Shown one piece after another: positions 30,001 to 37,195 of a DNA stretch of 64,000 bases (position 1 is the stretch's first letter; every line of letters begins with the position of its first letter). Origin of the DNA: Tubulanus polymorphus (lineage: Eukaryota > Animalia > Nemertea); NCBI RefSeq assembly GCF_964204645.1, contig NC_134028.1, positions 13,523,653 to 13,587,652 of the forward strand, read 5' to 3'. Made by a program: the position numbers and the translations under genes. The notes beneath the pieces are model-generated. The model saw only the letters and a list, made by a program, of their open reading frames with translations, ran no database searches and was not told the DNA's origin.

Positions 30001-32312
30001 TTTCCGATAGGGGGAATATTTGATACGAAAACGTCTTTTCTCGCGCTGAACGACGTTTTCGCGTCGAAAAGTGCTTTTCCTGACGATTTGAGCGCTTTTA
30101 CGCGTCGACATTGTCGTTTTTCCGATAGGGGGAATATTTGATACGAAAACGTCTTTTCTCGCGCTGAACGACGTTTTCGCGTCGAAAAGTGCTTTTCCTG
30201 ACGATTTGAGCGCTTTTACGCGTCGACATTGTCGTTTTTCCGATAGGGGGAATATTTGATACGAAAACGTCTTTTCTCGCGCTGAACGACGTTTTCGCGT
30301 CGAAAAGTGCTTTTTCTGACGATTTGAGCGCTTTTACGCGTCGACATTGTCGTTTTTCCGATAGGGGGAATATTTGATACGAAAACGTCTTTTCTCGCGC
30401 TGAACGACGTTTTCGCGTCGAAAAGTGCTTTTCCTGACGATTTGAGCGCTTTTACGCGTCGACATTGTCGTTTTTCCGATAGGGGGAATATTTGATACGA
30501 AAACGTCTTTTCTCGCGCTGAACGACGTTTTCGCGTCGAAAAGTGCTTTTCCTGACGATTTGAGCGCTTTTACGCATCGACATTGTCGTTTTTCCGATAG
30601 GGGGAATATTTGATACGAAAACGTCTTTTCTCGCGCTGTACGACGTTTTTGCGTCGAAAAGTGCTTTTCCTGACGATTTGAGCGCTTTTACGCATCGACA
30701 TTGTCGTTTTTTCGATAGGGGGAATATTGGATGCGAAAACGTCATTTCTCGCGCTGAACGACGTTTTCGCGTCGAAAAGTGCTTTTCCTGACGATTTGAG
30801 CGCTTTTACGCATCGACATTGTCGTTTTTCCGATAGGGGGAATATTCGATACGAAAACGTCTTTTCTCGCGCTGAACGACGTTTTCGGGTCGAAAAGTGC
30901 TTTTCCTGACGATTTGAGCGCTTTTACGCATCGACATTGTCGTTTTTCCGATCGGGGGAATATTTGATACGAAAACGTCTTTTCTCGCGCTGAACGACGT
31001 TTTCGGGTCGAAAAGTACTTTTCCTGACGATTTGAGCGCTTTTACGCGTCGACATTGTCGTTTTTCCGATAGGGGGAATATTTGATACGAAAACGTCTTT
31101 TCTCGCGCTGAACGACGTTTTCGCGTCGAAAAGTGCTTTTCCTGACGATTTGAGCGCTTTTACGCGTCGACATTGTCGTTTTTCCGATAGGGGGAATATT
31201 TGATACGAAAACGTCTTTTCTCGCGCTGAACGACGTTTTCGGGTCGAAAAGTGCTTTTCCTGACGATTTGAGCGCTTTTACGCATCGACATTGTCGTTTT
31301 TCCGATAGGGGGAATATTTGATAAGAAAACGTCTTTTCTCGCGCTGAACGACGTTTTCGCGTCGAAAAGTGCTTTTCCTGACGATTTGAGCGCTTTTACG
31401 CATCGACATTGTCGTTTTTCCGATAGGGGGAATATTTGATACGAAAACGTCTTTTCTCGCGCTGAACGACGTTTTCGCGTCGAAAAGTGCTTTTTCTGAC
31501 GATTTGAGCGCTTTTACGCGTCGACATTGTCGTTTTTCCGATAGGGGGAATATTTGATACGAAAACGTCTTTTCTCGCGCTGAACGACGTTTTCGCGTCG
31601 AAAAGTGCTTTTCCTGACGATTTGAGCGCTTTTACGCGTCGACATTGTCGTTTTTCCGATAGGGGGAATATTTGATACGAAAACGTCTTTTCTCGCGCTG
31701 AACGACGTTTTCGCGTCGAAAAGTGCTTTTCCTGACGATTTGAGCGCTTTTACGCATCGACATTGTCGTTTTTCCGATAGGGGGAATATTTGATACGAAA
31801 ACGTCTTTTCTCGCGCTGTACGACGTTTTCGCGTCGAAAAGTGCTTTTCCTGACGATTTGAGCGCTTCTACGCGTCGACATTGTCGTTTTTCCGATAGGG
31901 GGAATATTTGATACGAAAACGTCTTTTCTCGCGCTGAACGACGTTTTCGAGTCGAAAAGTGCTTTTCCTGACGATTTGAGCGCTTTTACGCGTCGACATT
32001 GTCGTTTTTCCGATAGGGGGAATATTTGATACGAAAACGTCTTTTCTCGCGCTGAACGACGTTTTCGCGTCGAAAAGTGCTTTTCCTGACGATTTGAGCG
32101 CTTTTACGCGTCGACATTGTCGTTTTTCCGATAGGGGGAATATTTGATACGAAAACGTCTTTTCTCGCGCTGAACGACGTTTTCGCGTCGAAAAGTGCTT
32201 TTCCTGACGATTTGAGCGCTTTTACGCGTCGACATTGTCGTTTTTCCGATAGGGGGAATATTTGATACGAAAACGTCTTTTCTCGCGCTGAACGACGTTT
32301 TCGCGTCGAAAA
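1..32312. repeat. Satellite DNA array, left part: head-to-tail 118-bp monomers with interspersed 105-bp variants
   Basis: Unit TATTTGATACGAAAACGTCTTTTCTCGCGCTGAACGACGTTTTCG(CGT/GTC/GGC)CGAAAAGTGCTTTTCCTGACGATTTGAGCGCTTTTACGCATCGACATTGTCGTTTTTCCGATAGGGGGAA recurs at 1, 119, 237 and onward. The 105-bp form lacks ATCGACATTGTCG. The array runs off the left edge of the window. Confidence 0.98.
673..11804. repeat. Higher-order duplication within the satellite, period ~6.83 kb (boundaries approximate)
   Basis: The same monomer-variant order recurs at 673/7503, 1224/8054 and 3701/10530. The rare variant GCAACGAC is at 3351 and 10180. Confidence 0.8.
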
Positions 32313-32313
32313 A

Positions 32314-32491
32314 CAAAAGATGTGCGAATGACCAGTTGCCCATCAGCATTTTTGCGACAGAAAATGAAGTTCTTCTCCCGGCGGGCAACATAGCACCAGC
32401 CGGTGGCGCCGCCCTCGTGCTATTAGCCAACCAGCCAATCAACGCGAAGTAAACACGTCCTTTTCAGTTCCGGAACTCAGGCGTAAAGTTT
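32314..32491 (+). repeat. Split direct repeat A1 (178 bp, left terminus)
   Basis: Matches 36561-36738 (offset 4247) with one difference seen, C32401 vs T36648. Confidence 0.95.
32407..32477 (+). promoter_or_regulatory. Putative Pol II promoter in repeat A (GC box, CCAAT box, Inr-like motif)
   Basis: CCGCCC at 32409-32414, AGCCAATCA at 32433-32441 and TCAGTT at 32464-32469 lie upstream of gag, and are also present in A2. These are short motif matches only. Confidence 0.35.
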
Positions 32492-32605
32492 CCTACTTCT
32501 GGGCAGGTGCCCAGGAAATAATAATTAGTATAAGGGCTTAATTTTCCTGCTTCTGGGCAGGTGCCCACGAAATAATCATTAATATTAGGGCTTAATTTTC
32601 CTGCT
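32489..32605 (+). repeat. ~2.2 copies of a 54-bp tandem repeat with a TGGGC-AGGT-GCCCA hairpin in the element leader
   Basis: TTTCCT(A/G)CTTCTGGGCAGGTGCCCA(G/C)GAAATAAT...AGGGCTTAAT occurs twice, with GGGC at 32501 and 32555, followed by a partial third copy. Confidence 0.85.
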
Positions 32606-32692
32606 GCCGGCAGTAGGCAGGTCTTATTCATAATACTGATACGGTTAATAACCCGCACGTATTTTGTGTTTTAGTAGTCATATAGAGTAGTA

Positions 32693-33664
32693 ATGCAGCG
32701 CACCAAGAGAAAGCAACAGGCAACCCCAGCCTTAAACAAGCGGAGGAAAGCGCCAGCTGGGGCTATCTCAGAGAAGGAGGCTCGGGCAGACCGCCTGCTG
32801 GAGACTCTCGAAAGAGCGGTCTCTTTGTTACCCCAGGTCAACGCCATCCCTGCAAACACCGCTGCAAATACACCTCAGCAGGCTGAGAATACGCCTCAGC
32901 AGGGGACCATAACAGTACCACAGGCCTTGGATGTGGCAGCGCCGGAAGCAGGTAATATCATCCCCGATGGTATGGGTTTTTATCAACAACCACAGTTGAG
33001 CGGCCCGGGGTCTTTTCTGCCCGCCGCGGTGGCATTGGATGCGTTAGTGCCGGTTAAGATAAAAGAATCTATTTGGTCAGGAAAATGGCTGGATTTCGCG
33101 GTGCTTTTGCGCAAGCCCGATGCGGCGTATTCCTTTAACGTGCTGCCCGCCCCTGGTCAGGAAACGCCTCACGTATCTATAGCGACACCCAGGCTTACAG
33201 CCATTAAGTCGATCGAGCAGTGGGTAAGGGCATTCGAAATCTTTTCTACTGTCCATTTGCGCCGTCATCCTCATGACGCCATACCTCTGATCAAGTACGG
33301 TCGAAGCGTCCAGAACCTTGCGTCCCAGGGCGGGGATTGGGCGTTTTACGACCAGAATTTTCGTGCGCTCCGTGCGGCTTCAGATGTCGCCGGTAGGTGG
33401 GACGCCACCAATTGGGAGCTGTGGTTGGAAGCGAAGACTCGAAATAATAACTTGAAACGGCCCTTTCGAGCATCTTCGGGCCAGGCAGTCAATTTCTGCT
33501 ACGCGTTTAATAGCGCCGCCTCGTCCTGTCCCCGAAAATCTTGCATATACGCCCACCAATGCAAGTTATGCAGAGGCCCACATTCAGCCGCTCGCTGTCC
33601 GCGTCGGAAAACGCCCAGCCCCTCGAATGGACATAAACGTAGCGACCCCACCTACAAATCATAG
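32693..33664 (+). CDS. gag: Gag-like ORF1 nucleic-acid-binding protein (323 aa) with C-terminal CCCH+CCHC zinc fingers
   Basis: First ORF of the element, with a basic N-terminus (KRRK), a helical core (IEQWVRAF...WAFYDQNFR...W) resembling Ngaro/DIRS ORF1, and CYAFN-x5-C-x4-C-x3-H-x-C-x2-C-x3-H-x4-C at the C-terminus. Confidence 0.85.
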   Translation: MQRTKRKQQATPALNKRRKAPAGAISEKEARADRLLETLERAVSLLPQVNAIPANTAANTPQQAENTPQQGTITVPQALDVAAPEAGNIIPDGMGFYQQPQLSGPGSFLPAAVALDALVPVKIKESIWSGKWLDFAVLLRKPDAAYSFNVLPAPGQETPHVSIATPRLTAIKSIEQWVRAFEIFSTVHLRRHPHDAIPLIKYGRSVQNLASQGGDWAFYDQNFRALRAASDVAGRWDATNWELWLEAKTRNNNLKRPFRASSGQAVNFCYAFNSAASSCPRKSCIYAHQCKLCRGPHSAARCPRRKTPSPSNGHKRSDPTYKS

Positions 33665-35258
33665 TTTGCCGACGCCGGTCAAAATTTCCGAACTTAGAAA
33701 ATACATTTACGATTACAAGGCCGAGGATCGTGACATTATTATTGAAGGTTTTACTTCGGGTTTTCGCTTAGATAGTTTTTTCTCTGGCCCCTCATCTACC
33801 AAATGCGTCGATAACCTTAAGTCCGCTAGGGAGCGCCCTGACGTGATACGCGAAAGAGTCAACAAAGAGCTTGCAACGGGTAGAGTTCTGGGCCCTTTTC
33901 AGACTCCATTCATGCCGGGCGGTACCCCAATTCACGTTTCACCCCTAGGGGTAGTTCCTAAAAGCTCCGGGGGTTTTAGGGTTATTCATCATCTATCGTA
34001 CCCGGAAGGCTCGTCGATAAACGATTTTATTCCCGAGGAGGCATCCACCATTAAATACTCGACAATCCAGGATGCGATTAAAATCATCAAGTCCCTTGGT
34101 GACGATGTTTTCCTAGCAAAGACCGACATAGAGTCGGCTTTCAGGATAATCCCTATACATAAGTTAGACCAACCACTGTTGGGTTTCACTTTAGACGGTC
34201 TTTTTTACGTCGACGCTGTTCTGCCCATGGGCGCAGCCAGCTCCTGCGCGATTTTTGACCGGTTCTCGTCGTGTATTAAATGGATTGCGATTAATAAGCT
34301 CGGGATTTCCCACATTGTACATATTTTAGATGATTTTTTGATTATTGCTAAGGGCAAATCTAAGTGCGACCGCGATCTGATAAATTTTCTTGACCTATGC
34401 GAACAGCTCGGCGTACCCATAAAGGAAGTCAAAACTTTTCGCCCGTCGCAAATCCTACCGTTTGCCGGCATCACGCTCGATACTATTTTGCACGAGGCAC
34501 GTTTGCCGGAAGATAAATTGGCAAAATGCATGGCCCTGGTGGAAACATTCCTGTCTAAACGGAAAGTGACTTTGCGAGAGTTACAGTCACTGCTAGGGAC
34601 GTTGAATTTTGCCTGCTCAGTCATCGTACCGGGACGACCGTTTCTCAGGAGGCTGATCGACCTCACCGTGGGCGTGCCTCACCGTTCGTTGCACATTTCA
34701 CTGACGGCGAGCGCGAAGAATGATCTCCGGGTCTGGAACGTCTTCCTTTCAAATTTTAACGGTCGATCATTTTTCATCGATGAGCGTAAGCTCACTAACG
34801 ATCGTTTGAATTTGTACACTGATTCCGCCGGTGCTTTTGGTTACGGTGCCGTTTACGGCACCCACTGGTTCCACGGTTCGTGGCCTTTAAGCTGGAAGTC
34901 TTGTTCGATCGCGGTCCTTGAACTATACCCAATCGTTGCCGCACTATCAATCTGGGGGGCACATTGGAAAAATAAGACTATATGTTTTAATTCCGATAAC
35001 CAATCGGTGGTCCACGTTATTAATAAACAATCTTCACGGGACAAGGCTATGATGACCCTCGTACGCAAGATGGTCTCTGTTTGTTTGAAATTTAACATCG
35101 TTTTCATTAGCGAACATATACCCGGAAAATATAACATTTTACCCGACCTACTTTCTCGGTTCCAGTTTCGTCGATTTCGCATGGAAGCGCCATGGGCCGA
35201 CCCTCAACCTACGCCGGTTCCCCAGTCTTGGCTGCCAGCAAATATAAACCTACTATAG
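33627..35258 (+). CDS. Reverse transcriptase / RNase H (DIRS/Ngaro type, 543 aa), apparently intact
   Basis: RT motifs SPLGVVPK, FRVIHHLS, KTDIESAFR, LPMG, ILDDF and FAGI. RNase H motifs LYTDSAG, LELYP, SDNQSVV and HIPGKYN..PD. Overlaps gag by 38 nt and the YR ORF by 67 nt. Confidence 0.95.
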   Translation: MDINVATPPTNHSLPTPVKISELRKYIYDYKAEDRDIIIEGFTSGFRLDSFFSGPSSTKCVDNLKSARERPDVIRERVNKELATGRVLGPFQTPFMPGGTPIHVSPLGVVPKSSGGFRVIHHLSYPEGSSINDFIPEEASTIKYSTIQDAIKIIKSLGDDVFLAKTDIESAFRIIPIHKLDQPLLGFTLDGLFYVDAVLPMGAASSCAIFDRFSSCIKWIAINKLGISHIVHILDDFLIIAKGKSKCDRDLINFLDLCEQLGVPIKEVKTFRPSQILPFAGITLDTILHEARLPEDKLAKCMALVETFLSKRKVTLRELQSLLGTLNFACSVIVPGRPFLRRLIDLTVGVPHRSLHISLTASAKNDLRVWNVFLSNFNGRSFFIDERKLTNDRLNLYTDSAGAFGYGAVYGTHWFHGSWPLSWKSCSIAVLELYPIVAALSIWGAHWKNKTICFNSDNQSVVHVINKQSSRDKAMMTLVRKMVSVCLKFNIVFISEHIPGKYNILPDLLSRFQFRRFRMEAPWADPQPTPVPQSWLPANINLL

Positions 35259-36138
35259 ACGCCCTGTTAGCAGCGGCTTTGACGACGGAAACCGCGAAGG
35301 CCTATGATCGGTCTTGGGGTAAGCTAGTCGCGTTTGGCCAGCAGTTGGGCATCACAATTTTGGTCCCAGTTTCAGAATATTCCATCGTCTTGTTCGTCGC
35401 ACATTTGCACGAAAAGGGTTTGTCGGCCGCAGCTACTGCGTCGACATTGTCGGCAATTTCATATTTTCACAAGATAAAAGGGGAGGCCGACCCTTGTCGA
35501 TCATTTATCATTCAGAAAATGTTAGCAGGCGCGAGAAATCTATCGCGGAGTTTCGACGTTCGTCTCCCAATTACCGCAGATGTTTTGGCCCGTTTATTTG
35601 ACTGTCTTGCTGTGACGGAAAGTCTGTCCTACAACCGCCTTTTAGTGAAATCGGTTATGACCATCGCGTTTTGTGGTTATTTCCGCCTAGGGGAGCTCTT
35701 ACCGAGGACACTCGCCCTAACGCAGAGTGTAGTACAACTCGAAGACGTGGCACTCACCGCCTTTGGTCTCCAAATAGTCCTAAAGAAGTTTAAGCACAGC
35801 GCACGCGTTGGCCCTCAGGTCATACAGGTTGATTTTTCCTCCCTTTCGACCAGGGTTACCGATGCCCGATCGACTATCACCACTTATTTACAGCGCCGAG
35901 GCCCGCGTCCAGGCCCGCTTTTTATAGACTGCAGTGGAGCTCCGTGGTTAAGGCGAGCATTCGACCGTCGCCTCGTGTGCCTGCTGGAATGGTGTCACCT
36001 AGGGCGTTCAAGGGTCACTCCTTCCACATCGGCGCTGCAACCGATGCAGCATCGAGGGGAGTCCCCGACGCACAGATTAGGGCGGCAGGCCGGTGGAATT
36101 CCGAGGCCTTCCGTAAATACATAAGGATTGCGAGGTGA
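35192..36138 (+). pseudogene. Tyrosine recombinase (phage-integrase family) ORF3, frameshifted near 36000
   Basis: The N-terminal SAM-like region and box I (GYFRLGELL) are in ORF 35192-36124. Box II (FKGHSFHIGAAT...GRWNSEAFRKYIR) lies in a different frame, ending at TGA 36136-36138. The HxxR motif reads HSFH. Confidence 0.88.
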
Positions 36139-36174
36139 TCGTGTGGGCTCAGCCACAGGTGGGTGGCTTTGTGG

Positions 36175-36554
36175 CATTTTTATAGCCCACTTACGATTAA
36201 TCGAGGACTTTTTACTCCGAACTAGGTCAAACAGCTGGGGCGTTTGACTTCTTAGTAATAGTGGTGTAGTTACTTGTATTCATAAATAGGTCAAACAGCA
36301 GGGGCGTTTGACCGCGTAGTATTTTTTCCGATAATTGTTTAAATCAGAAACTAGGTCAATCCAGCTGGGGCGGTTGACCTAGTTAGTTTTGTATGACTTT
36401 GTATTTCTTTGTTAGATTGATGATATTGTAATTTTGTACGTGACAGCAAATTAGGTTGTCACGTGTTTTGGTATAATTTTTCAAATAAACGTCAAGCAGC
36501 TGGGGCGCTTGGCCTTTTCCATCTAACAATTTGTTCCGACTTATTTTCTGTTGC
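36175..36554 (+). repeat. Split direct repeat B1 (380 bp)
   Basis: Identical by eye to 36815-37194 (offset 640). Confidence 0.95.
36224..36513 (+). other. Four related stem-loops (GTCAA.C-AGC(T/A)GGGGC-G.TTG.C) in B1, duplicated in B2 at +640
   Basis: Hairpins at 36224-36250, 36289-36313, 36349-36384 and 36491-36513 have differing but complementary stems and a conserved apex. Confidence 0.8.
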
Positions 36555-36617
36555 AAAAAACAAAAGATGTGCGAATGACCAGTTGCCCATCAGCATTTTT
36601 GCGACAGAAAATGAAGT
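36539..36617. repeat. Inverted repeat spanning the B1|A2 (circle-junction-like) site
   Basis: ACTTATTTTCTGTTGCAAAAA (36539-36559) pairs with TTTTTGCGACAGAAAATGAAGT (36596-36617), with one G.T pair and one bulged G. Confidence 0.85.
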
Positions 36618-36738
36618 TCTTCTCCCGGCGGGCAACATAGCACCAGCTGGTGGCGCCGCCCTCGTGCTATTAGCCAACCAGCCAATCAACGCGAAGTAAA
36701 CACGTCCTTTTCAGTTCCGGAACTCAGGCGTAAAGTTT
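36561..36738 (+). repeat. Split direct repeat A2 (178 bp)
   Basis: Copy of A1, joined to B1 through a 6-A run (36555-36560). Confidence 0.95.
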
Positions 36739-36814
36739 AACATTTTACCACCCTCCATCCCCTACCATCGCCTACGGCATTTGTTAGCCCTCTTACGATT
36801 AATCTTTTCTAGCC

Positions 36815-37194
36815 CATTTTTATAGCCCACTTACGATTAATCGAGGACTTTTTACTCCGAACTAGGTCAAACAGCTGGGGCGTTTGACTTCTTAGTAATA
36901 GTGGTGTAGTTACTTGTATTCATAAATAGGTCAAACAGCAGGGGCGTTTGACCGCGTAGTATTTTTTCCGATAATTGTTTAAATCAGAAACTAGGTCAAT
37001 CCAGCTGGGGCGGTTGACCTAGTTAGTTTTGTATGACTTTGTATTTCTTTGTTAGATTGATGATATTGTAATTTTGTACGTGACAGCAAATTAGGTTGTC
37101 ACGTGTTTTGGTATAATTTTTCAAATAAACGTCAAGCAGCTGGGGCGCTTGGCCTTTTCCATCTAACAATTTGTTCCGACTTATTTTCTGTTGC
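36815..37194 (+). repeat. Split direct repeat B2 (380 bp, right terminus)
   Basis: Copy of B1, followed by AAAAA and then satellite. Confidence 0.95.
37124..37129 (+). terminator. Possible polyadenylation signal AATAAA in B2 (also 36484-36489 in B1)
   Basis: Hexamer about 65 nt before the element end. Motif match only. Confidence 0.3.
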
Positions 37195-37195
37195 A

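Larger units (their letters stand above)
32313..37195 (+). mobile_element. Ngaro-like tyrosine-recombinase retrotransposon (DIRS order) with split direct repeats A1...B1-A2-B2
   Basis: Three overlapping ORFs (gag-like with Zn fingers, RT-RNase H, tyrosine recombinase), with no protease, DDE integrase or methyltransferase seen. The A1-ORFs-B1-A2-B2 repeat order is the known Ngaro/PAT architecture. Each end is ambiguous by up to 4 nt within A-runs (32309-32313, 37195-37199). Confidence 0.93.

Noticed and set aside
36323-36333. TTTTTCCGATA shared between repeat B and the satellite monomer (possible guide or homology)
   Set aside because: Only 11 nt, T-rich and far from the crossover position, so compatible with chance.
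36224-36513. B-repeat hairpins as a mini-CRISPR (repeat plus ~40-nt spacers)
   Set aside because: The spacing is suggestive, but the repeats differ substantially, the linkers are low-complexity AT-rich sequence, and no cas gene is present.
36139-36554. Fourth ORF (SGNH hydrolase of some Ngaro elements) or DIRS-type methyltransferase
   Set aside because: B1 begins 37 nt after the YR stop and RT-RH ends right after RNase H, so there is neither room nor a motif for one.
32104-36699. Short antisense or alternative ORFs in the element (32104-32442, 32464-32658, 34205-34666, 36463-36699, 36492-36689 and others)
   Set aside because: They are shadows of real ORFs or chance frames in the terminal repeats, with no recognisable motifs.
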